From an uncultured Gammaproteobacteria bacterium (GTDB lineage Bacteria > Patescibacteriota > Patescibacteriia > CAZSQN01), in assembly GCA_964609095.1 (NCBI GenBank), contig CAZSQN010000002.1:88066-152065 (forward strand): a stretch of 64,000 bases of DNA, in the 5' to 3' direction. The translations under genes were made by a program, and so were the position numbers. Below are positions 34,284 to 43,515 of the stretch, in pieces (the stretch's first letter is position 1; every line of letters begins with the position of its first letter). The notes under the pieces were generated by a model that ran no database searches, was not told the origin of the DNA, and worked only from the letters and a program-made list of their open reading frames with translations.

Positions 34284-36197
34284 TTAAGGCAAATACGGCT
34301 TTAATCTCTGAAGCGCCGCTCTAAAGCCCTCATAATTATTCAAATGCCCCTCCCAAATCTCCGGCGTCCATGAGAACGTCTGATTCTTCAAGATATCAAA
34401 TACCTTGCCGAATTCTATTTCTCCTTCGCCGATATTCACTGCTTCCACCGTAATCCCCGAAGCGTCGGCAATATGAATATGGTCGGTTATCGGCGCGACG
34501 GTTCTCACGTAATCCAGATAATCTTTTCCCGCAAAATTACAATACAATTTGGAGTGCGCCGTGTCAAAGCACATTTTGAGCCCGAGGCCGCGGCAAAATT
34601 GAACCATTTCTTCCGCGTCCATAAAAACCTTGTGAAACCATTGGCCGGCAAAATACCAGGCGAACGGAGGCAGGTTTTCAGGCAGGAGCGTGATACCGTC
34701 ATAAGAAAGGCGGCTTATGGCCTCATGCGCCCGCTCCAAAAGCAATTTGCCGTCCATCGGCTTCTGGTCCATAACCATACCGCCGGTATGAATGACGTAT
34801 TTGGGCGCGCCGGAAAAATAAGGCGCGAGCTGGCGCGTCAAATCCAAAGATTTTTGAATGAATTTAATTGACCTGTTCCATTCTTCGTCATCCAACGAAC
34901 AAAGGTCATTCATCCGCCTTTGCCAGTAATCGGGAGCGTGGATTACCAGCATTTGGTCGTATTTTCTCTTCGGCTCCCATCCCTCTTCCACATCGCGGTC
35001 GGTCAAATGAAACTCAAAAAACTTGGGATTAAAAAGCGCGGCAAAATCCGCCTCGTGAAAACGGGTCTTTAAACCCCACAAGGATTTATAATCATAATGT
35101 TCGGGCTTAAAATTTTCCCCGCGAAGGTCCGCCTCGGTAAAAAGATCGTCTTTGGGTATGTCGCGCAAGGCCTTGACTCCGACCAGTTCATAAATCTTCT
35201 GCGGAGAAAGGCCTTTTGCCGGACCTTTGACCGTAATCATTTCTTTGGTTATTTCCGTTCCCTTTTTAATATCCGCTGCCGCGACCAAGCTTTTGCCAAG
35301 CACTTTCCTATTCATTATCTCGCCGTGGCTGCGCACTTTGGACGGAGCGCCAAGCGCCTTTTCAATTTCCCTTATACTTTTTACCATCTGACTAAATTCT
35401 TCCGGTTCCAAACTTGCCAGATGATCCGGGCCTTCGTCATGGCGGTTTAAAGTAATATGCCGCTCAACAATGCACGCGCCGCGCGCCACGGCCGCAAGCG
35501 ACGGGTTCATCCCCCGCTCATGACCGGAATATCCGACAGGCACGCCAAAAAGCTCGCGAAGCTTGTCAATAAACAAAAGGTTTAAATCCTCAATGGGAGC
35601 GGGATAAACCCCGACGCAATGAAGAAGCGCGAAGTTCACTCCGAGTTTTTGAAGAAACTCCACGGAATTTTTTGTTTCCAAAATGGTTGAAAGCCCGGTT
35701 GAGGCGATAACCGGCTTAGAGGTCGCGGCAATCCGTTCCAGCAAAGGGAAGTTGGTAAGGTCGCAAGAAGCGATTTTATAAAAATCAACATTAAGTTTTT
35801 CAAGAAAATCAACGCTCGGAATGTCAAAAGGCGTGCATAAAAACTGCGCGCCCTTGGCCTCCGTGTATTCTTTCAGCTCCTTCATCTGCTCAAAGCTCAA
35901 ATCGCATTCGCGGTAAATCGGCAGAATATAGCTAAAGCTCTGTTCGCCCAAGTTTGGGTTTTCCAGCAATTTTTTCTGGTACAATGTCTCAAGATCGCGT
36001 TTTTGAAACTTTACGACATCGGCGCCGGCAGCTACGGCGGCGGAAACGAGTTCTTTGGCGCGCGAAAAACTGCCGTTATAATTTATGCCGATTTCGGCAA
36101 TGATCATAACCGGCTTTCCTTGCCCGACTTCAAATTTCCCCAATCTAATATTTTTGGGCATATTAAACAAGTTTATCATAAAAACCGCGCCTGTCAA
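34284..36197 (-). CDS. Fusion protein: NeuB-family nonulosonic-acid synthase (with SAF domain) fused to a xylose-isomerase-like TIM-barrel domain
   Basis: N-terminal …PVMIIAEIGINYNGSFSRAKELV…GADVVKFQ…; central SAF-like …LVAAADIKKGTEITKEMI…; the C-terminal 280 aa carry TIM-barrel metal-site motifs (…VIHAP…CFDTAH…HIHIADA…EIWEGH…). Confidence 0.7.
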   Translation of the reverse strand: MTGAVFMINLFNMPKNIRLGKFEVGQGKPVMIIAEIGINYNGSFSRAKELVSAAVAAGADVVKFQKRDLETLYQKKLLENPNLGEQSFSYILPIYRECDLSFEQMKELKEYTEAKGAQFLCTPFDIPSVDFLEKLNVDFYKIASCDLTNFPLLERIAATSKPVIASTGLSTILETKNSVEFLQKLGVNFALLHCVGVYPAPIEDLNLLFIDKLRELFGVPVGYSGHERGMNPSLAAVARGACIVERHITLNRHDEGPDHLASLEPEEFSQMVKSIREIEKALGAPSKVRSHGEIMNRKVLGKSLVAAADIKKGTEITKEMITVKGPAKGLSPQKIYELVGVKALRDIPKDDLFTEADLRGENFKPEHYDYKSLWGLKTRFHEADFAALFNPKFFEFHLTDRDVEEGWEPKRKYDQMLVIHAPDYWQRRMNDLCSLDDEEWNRSIKFIQKSLDLTRQLAPYFSGAPKYVIHTGGMVMDQKPMDGKLLLERAHEAISRLSYDGITLLPENLPPFAWYFAGQWFHKVFMDAEEMVQFCRGLGLKMCFDTAHSKLYCNFAGKDYLDYVRTVAPITDHIHIADASGITVEAVNIGEGEIEFGKVFDILKNQTFSWTPEIWEGHLNNYEGFRAALQRLKPYLP

Positions 36198-36210
36198 TTC
36201 TTTCTCTCTC

Positions 36211-37254
36211 TTAATCCGCCTTCAACGAAACGCGTTTGCCATCCCTCCACGATTCCATCGCGGCAAAGCTCGCTTCCAATGTCTTAAGCGCGTCAGCGCC
36301 GTCAATAACGGGCTTGCCGCCGCGGCAAAGAAGCTCCAAAAAATGCCATATTTCCTCCACAAACATATCATTTCTGTTCATTTCCGAAGGATATGTCTCC
36401 GTCCGTTTCGGTTCGGCATAATAAACATCAATCCTATTGGCAGACATATACGAATCCCAAAAAATTGACCCCTTCTCGCCGGTCACCCACATTTCCTTGC
36501 GCGGACGCCTGCCAAGCGCGTCAAGATGAATTGATGAAACAATCCCATTTTGGTGCAGGCAAATCAGTTTGGAGAGATCATCGGTATCCACCGTCACTTC
36601 GCCGACCCGCCCGACAAAAGCCATCACCTCTTTAACCTCGCCAAAAAGCCAGCGGGCAAAATCAATGGTGTGATTTTCATCCAAAAGCTCGCCGCCGCCA
36701 AGATTCTTATTGCCCATATACCATGCGCCGGGCTTCTCCCACGGGTGCCATCCGGGCAGCCATTCTGAAAAAGTAATCTCCGCCGCGAATATCTTGCCGA
36801 TGGCTCCGGCTTTAAGCAATTCTTCAATCTTTTTGAGCGAATCGGAAAAACGGTAAGTATAGCCGACAAAAACAAAACGTTTAGCCGCATCCGCGGCGCG
36901 CAAAAAATCAGCCACGCCTTCCAAGCGGTCGGAAATGGCTTTTTCCATCAAAATGTGAGCGCCGTGAGCCACGGCTTTATTGCCGCTGTCTATGTGGAAA
37001 GCGGTCGGATTGGCAATAATCACGCCGTCAAACTTGCCGTTGGCATAGGCCTCGTCTTCGGACGCGTATAAAACAACTTCGCCAAAACGTTCACGGAGCT
37101 CCGCCCGGCGGTCTTCGCGCGGCTCCACGACCGCGACATTACTAGCTCCAAGGCCAAGCAGATTTCCAAGATGCCTTTTGCCGATTGAGCCGCCGCCGAC
37201 AATTAAAATCTTTACCCGCTCAAGGAACTCGCGGGGAACGCGGGGATTTTCCAT
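36211..37254 (-). CDS. Gfo/Idh/MocA-family NAD(P)-dependent oxidoreductase
   Basis: …VKILIVGGGSIGKRHLGNL…; ORF-track start 37380 would overlap the next gene, so MENPRV at 37254 is preferred. Confidence 0.75.
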   Translation of the reverse strand: MENPRVPREFLERVKILIVGGGSIGKRHLGNLLGLGASNVAVVEPREDRRAELRERFGEVVLYASEDEAYANGKFDGVIIANPTAFHIDSGNKAVAHGAHILMEKAISDRLEGVADFLRAADAAKRFVFVGYTYRFSDSLKKIEELLKAGAIGKIFAAEITFSEWLPGWHPWEKPGAWYMGNKNLGGGELLDENHTIDFARWLFGEVKEVMAFVGRVGEVTVDTDDLSKLICLHQNGIVSSIHLDALGRRPRKEMWVTGEKGSIFWDSYMSANRIDVYYAEPKRTETYPSEMNRNDMFVEEIWHFLELLCRGGKPVIDGADALKTLEASFAAMESWRDGKRVSLKAD

Positions 37255-37312
37255 CCTGTTTTTCCATTTGTAGTAATCGCTATGTTCTACCCAGCCAATC
37301 ATAAAATAAAAA

Positions 37313-38059
37313 TTATTTTTCGCGCTCCAGCCGCTCGGCCATAAACTTTTCCGCCACGGCAAAGTCCTCCAAAGAATCAATGTTTACCGACTCTTCGGCC
37401 GGCATAACAAAACCAAAAATATTTTGTCCGCTCATAGAGTTCATTTCTAAAATCACTTCCGGCCTGATTACGTCAACCGAACCGTTCTGCGCAAAAACCG
37501 GCATTTTGTCCTGCAAAATTTGGCGGGCGCTATTGTAGGCCTCGGGCACTTCCGGATGCGTGAGGAGCGGAGTTAATCGCTCGCCTTCCAAACGCCACAT
37601 TTTAAGCGGATGCTTTGGCGTTGGCGTGACTGAACGGACGGAATGAGCCTCGGGGTGTTCCAAAAACATTTTAACGCCGAAATCAATGTGTTCGGCGCGG
37701 CGAAGCGGAGCAGTCGGCCGCAGCTGCACCACCGCGTCGGGCTTATAATTTTCTTTTTCTTCCAAATACCGCAGGGCGTGCTGCATCACCGGCAAATCCA
37801 AGGTCCGGTCAGCGGCCAATTCTTTGGGGCGCATAAACGGCGCTTCCGCGCCGTATTCTGCCGCGACTTTGGCAATTTCCTCATCATCGGTGGAAATAAT
37901 TATCCGATTTATGTATTTTGATTTTTTCGCCTCCAAAACCGTCCAGGCCAAAAGCGGTTTGCCGGAGAGCATTCTGATATTCTTGCGCGGCACGCCTTTG
38001 CTGCCGCCGCGCGCCATCAGCACGCACAAAATCTTCAGATTTTGATTATTTTGTTCCAT
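37313..38059 (-). CDS. CMP-nonulosonic acid synthetase (acylneuraminate cytidylyltransferase family)
   Basis: …ILCVLMARGGSKGVPRKNIRMLSGKPLLAWTV…. Confidence 0.8.
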   Translation of the reverse strand: MEQNNQNLKILCVLMARGGSKGVPRKNIRMLSGKPLLAWTVLEAKKSKYINRIIISTDDEEIAKVAAEYGAEAPFMRPKELAADRTLDLPVMQHALRYLEEKENYKPDAVVQLRPTAPLRRAEHIDFGVKMFLEHPEAHSVRSVTPTPKHPLKMWRLEGERLTPLLTHPEVPEAYNSARQILQDKMPVFAQNGSVDVIRPEVILEMNSMSGQNIFGFVMPAEESVNIDSLEDFAVAEKFMAERLEREK

Positions 38060-38064
38060 AAAAA

Positions 38065-39060
38065 TTATTTTTTAGGATGCGCGGCATACCATTCATAAGT
38101 TCTGCGCAATCCTTCTTCCAGCATTACTTCCGGCCTCCAGCCGACCAGCGCTTGCAGCTTTGATATGTCCGCCCGGCGGCGCGCCACGCTTCCGGGAAGC
38201 GAATCTTTAATGTCAATCGTCTTTGGCTTCCAGCCGGAGAGGTCAAAAAACTTTTCGGCAAGCTCACGCATGGCGATTTCTTCCGCATCGCCTATATGCA
38301 CGGTTAAAACCGGTTGAAGGTCGGTTTTGGAAGAATCCATCAGCATTTGCATCGCGCGTACCGCATCGTCAATATAGCAAAAAGTGCGCGTTTCTTCCGC
38401 GCCCAATATGGTAAACGGATCTTCCCTCTTGGCTATTTTAATAGAAAACTCCGGAATCACATGGTCATAACCGGCGCGCGGCCCGTAAAAATTATGAGGC
38501 CGGACAATCAGCGCGCGGAAATTATGCATTTTGGCATAATGAATGACAAAAAGTTCGCCGATTAGCTTGGTGGCGGCGTAAGACCACCGCGGATTATAAG
38601 GATCGTTGATAACAAGCGGCACCTCTTCCGGAGTGGGAATCGGCAATTGATTAAAGGCGCTAAGAGCGCCGGCATAGGCCTCGTTGGAGGAAGTAAAACA
38701 AAACTTTCCTTTTGGATTTTCTCTCCCAAACCATTCCAGCATATAGATAAGCGACAACGTATTGACGCGCAAAACCTCATGCGGCATGGAATAAAACAGC
38801 TTCGTGCCGTTTACCGCCGCCAAATGATAAACATGGTCATAGCCGCTGCCGAGTTTCGCATATGAGGCAGAATCGGTTAAATCCAGATTTAAAAAATTTA
38901 TCCTTTTGTCGCGAAGCAGATTTTCAAAATCATCATCCATTTTCCCGCGCTGAAGATTGTCAATCAACGTCAAACGCGCCCCCTCGCCGTACGCGGCGAG
39001 AAGATGCGACGCTAAATGATAACCGATAAATCCCGCTCCGCCAGTAATTAAAATTTTCAT
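38065..39060 (-). CDS. NAD-dependent epimerase/dehydratase (extended SDR)
   Basis: MKILITGGAGFIGYHLASHLL…; the ORF-track N-extension overlaps the next gene, so the start at 39060 is preferred. Confidence 0.75.
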   Translation of the reverse strand: MKILITGGAGFIGYHLASHLLAAYGEGARLTLIDNLQRGKMDDDFENLLRDKRINFLNLDLTDSASYAKLGSGYDHVYHLAAVNGTKLFYSMPHEVLRVNTLSLIYMLEWFGRENPKGKFCFTSSNEAYAGALSAFNQLPIPTPEEVPLVINDPYNPRWSYAATKLIGELFVIHYAKMHNFRALIVRPHNFYGPRAGYDHVIPEFSIKIAKREDPFTILGAEETRTFCYIDDAVRAMQMLMDSSKTDLQPVLTVHIGDAEEIAMRELAEKFFDLSGWKPKTIDIKDSLPGSVARRRADISKLQALVGWRPEVMLEEGLRRTYEWYAAHPKK

Positions 39061-39061
39061 A

Positions 39062-40429
39062 TCAAAGATGGCTGGGCAAACCGGGAATGTTGTCGTAGCC
39101 CAGATTGCTGTAATGAATATCGGCAAATTTGGCAATTCTATCGGCGCCGTACAATTTCCATCCGTCAAAAATCAACGCTGGTTTTTTCATCAGCGGCAGA
39201 TAACGGTGAATGTCCAGATTTTTAAAATCGTGGTGGTTGGTGGCAAGAATGGCCGCGTCCGCGCCGCGAAATCCTTCTTCAAGATTAACGAATTTGAGGC
39301 CGTAGGGAGACAGCGCCTCCGACGGCACAACCGGGTCATAGCCGCAAACGTTAAAATTTTTCTCTTGCAATTTTTTGGCAATTTCCAATCCGGACGAAAA
39401 TCTGATGTCGGAAGTCGGCGGATGCCCCTTAAAAGCCAGTCCGGCAATAAATATCTTTGAGTCCCGCGCGCTTTTGCGGCTGGCTTCCATAAATCTGCTT
39501 ACCTGCCGGCAGACATAATCAGGCATCGCCTCATTTACGGCGCGGGCTTGCGTAATCAGTTTCGGCTCAAACCCTTTAGCCAGCGACGCCTCCAGCAAGA
39601 TATACGGGTCTTTGGTTAAGCAATAACCGCCCACTCCCGGGCTTGGCTGCGGCACAGCGCTGCGCTCATAACCGAAGTTGGCCGCGCTTATGACTTCGTG
39701 CGAATCAAGATTAAATTTATCGCAAATAAGCGCCACCTCATTGGCAAAAGCAAAAGTCACATCGCGATAAAGATTATTAACCAATTTAACCATCTCTGCC
39801 GCCTCAAGCGTGGGCAAAAGCACAATTTTGTTGGTTAAAGTCCGGAAAATATCCGCGCATAGCGCCGCGCTTGCCCTGTCATAGCCGCCGATGACCTGCG
39901 GCAGGCGCCTCAACTCGTTTAGGGCGTCGCCCTCTATGGTGCGTTCCGGCGCAAAAGCAATTGAAAAATCCTTGCCCGCCGCCAAACCGGAATATTTAAC
40001 AAGCAAGGGAATAACAAAATCGCGCGTTGTGCCCGGCGGAACGGTTGACCTTAAAATCACTATATCGCCTTGGCGCAGAACCTTGGCAATGGAGATAATG
40101 GATGATTCCAAGTCATTAAAATCCGGCTTCTTGCTCTCTCCCAGTAGCGGCGTGCCCACAGCCACAATATAAATACCGGCAATGGATTCCGAAAACGCGG
40201 TCAAAAATTTAAAACCCTTGCCCAGCTCTTGGCTTAAAAGCTCATTAACGCCGCCCTCGTGAAAATGGCTCTTGCCTTCTTCAAGCTGGCTCACCACCCG
40301 TTCGCGCTTTTCAATGCCGGTTACGGAAAAACCAAGTTCAGAAAGCGTCAAAGCCAAAGTCAAGCCCACATAGCCCATGCCGATAACGCAAACTTTTTTT
40401 TCAAAAATTAAATCATTGCCGGTAGCCAT
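39062..40429 (-). CDS. Nucleotide-sugar dehydrogenase (UDP-glucose/UDP-ManNAc 6-dehydrogenase family)
   Basis: …KKVCVIGMGYVGLTLALTLSELGFSV…; full length with C-terminal domain. Confidence 0.8.
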   Translation of the reverse strand: MATGNDLIFEKKVCVIGMGYVGLTLALTLSELGFSVTGIEKRERVVSQLEEGKSHFHEGGVNELLSQELGKGFKFLTAFSESIAGIYIVAVGTPLLGESKKPDFNDLESSIISIAKVLRQGDIVILRSTVPPGTTRDFVIPLLVKYSGLAAGKDFSIAFAPERTIEGDALNELRRLPQVIGGYDRASAALCADIFRTLTNKIVLLPTLEAAEMVKLVNNLYRDVTFAFANEVALICDKFNLDSHEVISAANFGYERSAVPQPSPGVGGYCLTKDPYILLEASLAKGFEPKLITQARAVNEAMPDYVCRQVSRFMEASRKSARDSKIFIAGLAFKGHPPTSDIRFSSGLEIAKKLQEKNFNVCGYDPVVPSEALSPYGLKFVNLEEGFRGADAAILATNHHDFKNLDIHRYLPLMKKPALIFDGWKLYGADRIAKFADIHYSNLGYDNIPGLPSHL

Positions 40430-40436
40430 AATCATT

Positions 40437-41498
40437 TTATTCAAAATGCTCAAGCTTAATCTGCTCATCAACGGCTATGGCAGAAATAATTCTTTTCCCG
40501 CATAATTTTTCCGCCATCTCCGGCGGAAGTCCGCCTTTGCTTGGGCGCTTAAAGGCAATCATCTCCCGCGTCAAAATCGTTCCGGCAATCAAATCGCCGG
40601 CCGCGACCAAGCTCTGCCCGGCCCAATCTCTTTGCCGCGACAAAAAATCCAGACGCTCGTCCTCCGGTATGTTGCGAAGGGCGGATTCCATATCGCGAAT
40701 CTGCTTAACCATCAGCGCAAACTCATCAGGAAGAAGCGCGCCCGCGTTATCAAGCGATCTCGGATCGTTTTTGTCAAAAGTAAGATGTTTTTCCACAACA
40801 ACGGCTCCCAAAACAACTGCCCCAAGCGGCGCGTGCCAGCCGACAGTATGGTCGGAAATGCCTGCTGGAACTTCAAGCAAATCGCCCAAGCGCTTCATCC
40901 GTCCCAAATTCGCCATCTCGTAAGGCGTGGGATAAGCCGTCACGCAATGAAGCGCGATAATCTCTTTGGCGCCGGCTGATTTTAACGTCTCCATTGCCGC
41001 CCGCGCCTCATCTTCGCTTTGCAAACCAAAAGAGATAATCACGGGCTTGCCTCGTCTTCCGACATTCCGCAAAAATTCCAGATTATGCGCTTCGCCCGAG
41101 CCGATTTTAAAAAGCGGCTGATTCATTTCTTCATCCAGAAAATCCAAACTTTCATCATCGTGCGCGGTGGCAAACACGGCGATGCCGCGTTCTCGCGCGT
41201 AAGCAAACAATTCCTTAATTTCATCAAAAGACATTTCTTTTTCTTTGACCCGATTAAACCAATCATAGCCGAGTTCCGTCTCCAGCCGGGCGCTTACTTT
41301 TTTACTGACAAGCTGTTCGGTCCTCCAGGCCTGAAATTTAACGGCATCGGCTTTGGCCGCTACCGCCGCATCCACTTGTTTCTTTGCCAAATCCAACTGT
41401 CCGTAATTTGTCACCCCACCCTCGCAAATGACAAAAACCGGCTGCCCTCGGCCGATGTTTTTATTGCCCAATTTAACTGTTTTTATCTCTAAATCCAT
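40437..41498 (-). CDS. NeuB-family nonulosonic acid synthase (stand-alone; sialic/pseudaminic/legionaminic acid synthase-like)
   Basis: …PVFVICEGGVTNYGQLDLAKKQVDAAVAAKADAVKFQ…; C-terminal SAF domain. Confidence 0.78.
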   Translation of the reverse strand: MDLEIKTVKLGNKNIGRGQPVFVICEGGVTNYGQLDLAKKQVDAAVAAKADAVKFQAWRTEQLVSKKVSARLETELGYDWFNRVKEKEMSFDEIKELFAYARERGIAVFATAHDDESLDFLDEEMNQPLFKIGSGEAHNLEFLRNVGRRGKPVIISFGLQSEDEARAAMETLKSAGAKEIIALHCVTAYPTPYEMANLGRMKRLGDLLEVPAGISDHTVGWHAPLGAVVLGAVVVEKHLTFDKNDPRSLDNAGALLPDEFALMVKQIRDMESALRNIPEDERLDFLSRQRDWAGQSLVAAGDLIAGTILTREMIAFKRPSKGGLPPEMAEKLCGKRIISAIAVDEQIKLEHFE

Positions 41499-41696
41499 AA
41501 ATGTTTCAATTAGTGGAGTATAACCCGAAGGTTCAATTTTGGCAATATACCTAAAAATGGCTAAAATTAGCCATCTTGCCTACCTACCCCCTTGCGCTAA
41601 ATGACAAGGCGTGCTAATCTGCCCTTTCAAGCGCATTGCTTGATGCTCCGCGGCGGAGAACGCCGAAAACCGCACCTTAAAAATGGAGGTTAGCCA

Positions 41697-41996
41697 ATGC
41701 CTCTGTGGCACATCTGCTTGATTTCTTTTCATCAAGACGCGCCTGAATCAGTGAGACGGGAAATCTACGACCGCTATCAAACCCTGGACGCGGACTGCGG
41801 CGGGGCTGGCGCGGGCATCCTCTTTTGGAAAGTTGCGTGGAATCTTGATTTGCGGAAAAACATCCACCTGGTGGAAATCTCCGTGTTTACGAATAACGAC
41901 GCCCTGCAGAGATTCCGGCGGCATCCCAAGCATATGGAACTCACCGACATTTTGAGAGAAATTGCCGACTGGCAAGTCGGCGATATTCACCAATAA
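41697..41996 (+). CDS. Small Dabb-type (stress-responsive alpha/beta-barrel) protein
   Basis: About 100 aa; …HICLISF…HLVEISVF…HPKH…; RBS tggagg; the only plus-strand gene in a 30-kb minus-strand array. Confidence 0.45.
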   Translation: MPLWHICLISFHQDAPESVRREIYDRYQTLDADCGGAGAGILFWKVAWNLDLRKNIHLVEISVFTNNDALQRFRRHPKHMELTDILREIADWQVGDIHQ

Positions 41997-42015
41997 ATTC
42001 TTTAGAATAGCCAAA

Positions 42016-42046
42016 GAGCGGAAGAAATTCCGCTCTTTTTCATTTG
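42016..42046 (+). terminator. Intrinsic terminator after the Dabb-like gene
   Basis: agagcgga-agaaatt-ccgctct followed by ttttcattt. Confidence 0.65.
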
Positions 42047-42056
42047 GCAGTTTTAG

Positions 42057-42770
42057 TTATTTTTTATTCTTATGCGATAGATACGCTTCAATCAATTCCA
42101 AATCCTCTTTGTAATCTATATCCATTGAATAAATCGGCGGGACTACTATGGGATAATTCCTCTTGCCTTCCAGGCGGCCGCTGCCCAAAAGCGTTTCGCG
42201 GCTGGTAAGCCAGAGATTGGCCGCGTGATAAAATTTTGGTTTGGATTTGCCGATATCCTGATAATGAAGCTCCTCCTGCCAAAAACCGATCGTTCCATCC
42301 TCGTTCATTTTGCGCACATTGTAAGGGTGATTGATAGTATCAACCAAAGAAACTGTTACAACCGAATCGGCTTTCTTCTCCAGCGCCAAAGCAATGGCGG
42401 CTTCTATCTGTTCTGAAGCAATCAAGGGCGTAGCCGCCTGCAAAAGTATGGAATAATCAACGCGATAATTCTCTTTTTCTTCCAATTGTTCCACCGTATA
42501 TTTAATCGCCTCTATAACCGGGCTTATGTCCCCCGCCAAATCCGCCGGACGCATAAAAGGCACTTCGGCGCCGCAATCTTTAGCCGCCGCGGCTATTTTG
42601 TCATCATCGGTTGAAACAATTACCCTATCAACCGATTTCGCGCCAAGGGCGGCGGAGATTGGATAAGAAATCAGCGGTTTGCCCAAAAGAGGATAGACAT
42701 TTTTTCCGGGAAATCTTTTACTGCCGCCCCGCGCCGGAATCAAAACCACGAAATTATCTGAATAAGTCAT
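42057..42770 (-). CDS. Second CMP-nonulosonic/KDO-type cytidylyltransferase
   Basis: …VVLIPARGGSKRFPGKNVYPLLGKPLISYPI…. Confidence 0.8.
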   Translation of the reverse strand: MTYSDNFVVLIPARGGSKRFPGKNVYPLLGKPLISYPISAALGAKSVDRVIVSTDDDKIAAAAKDCGAEVPFMRPADLAGDISPVIEAIKYTVEQLEEKENYRVDYSILLQAATPLIASEQIEAAIALALEKKADSVVTVSLVDTINHPYNVRKMNEDGTIGFWQEELHYQDIGKSKPKFYHAANLWLTSRETLLGSGRLEGKRNYPIVVPPIYSMDIDYKEDLELIEAYLSHKNKK

Positions 42771-43500
42771 AAAATGTTTTGACGCTTAAAACGGAAATCA
42801 GCACGGAAACGATAATCATCGTATGCCGGGGAGGCATTCTCTTGCAAACGTAAGCCGCGAACGGAGCAGCCAGCACGCCTCCAATGAGCAGCCCCGCCAC
42901 CACCTGCCAATGAGTTATGCCGACTATCGGCGTAAGAATGACAACGATGGTCAGGGAAACAAAAAATTCAACGGCGTTTGTTGAACCAACGGCAAAACGC
43001 GGATTATTTCCGCGCGCCGTAAGCGTGCTTCCAACTATCGGCCCCCAGCCGCCGCCTCCGACCGCGTCCAAAAACCCGCCCAAAAAACCAATAGGGGCGA
43101 TTTTAGTATGCACCGGCTTGGTTTTAATAATTTTAAAGGCCTTATAAAGAATAAAAAGGCCCATGCAAAAAAGATAAACAGTGACGGCAAATTTCAAAAA
43201 TCTGCCGGAAACCAAGGTTAGGACCACCGCTCCGAAAGCTCCTCCGGCCATTCCGGGAACCAGCAATTTTTTAAATAACTGTTTGTCTATGTTTTTAAAT
43301 TTAAAATGCGAAATAGCCGAAACAAAGGTGGTGAATATCTCGGCAAAATGCACGCTGGCGCTGGTAATGGCCGGCGGCGTACCCATAGCCAAAAGCAAAG
43401 AGCTCGCGCTAATGCCGTAAGCCATGCCTAGGGCGCCATCAATCATCTGCGCGGCAAAACCCACGATAATAAAAAAGATTAAATCATTTTCTAAAATCAT
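42754..43500 (-). CDS. TauE/SafE-family (DUF81) sulfite/sulfonate permease
   Basis: Two repeated halves with Gly-rich …GGGGWGPIVGSTL… motifs; 7-8 TM. Confidence 0.75.
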   Translation of the reverse strand: MILENDLIFFIIVGFAAQMIDGALGMAYGISASSLLLAMGTPPAITSASVHFAEIFTTFVSAISHFKFKNIDKQLFKKLLVPGMAGGAFGAVVLTLVSGRFLKFAVTVYLFCMGLFILYKAFKIIKTKPVHTKIAPIGFLGGFLDAVGGGGWGPIVGSTLTARGNNPRFAVGSTNAVEFFVSLTIVVILTPIVGITHWQVVAGLLIGGVLAAPFAAYVCKRMPPRHTMIIVSVLISVLSVKTFYDLFR

Positions 43501-43515
43501 GAACGCGGATTGAAT

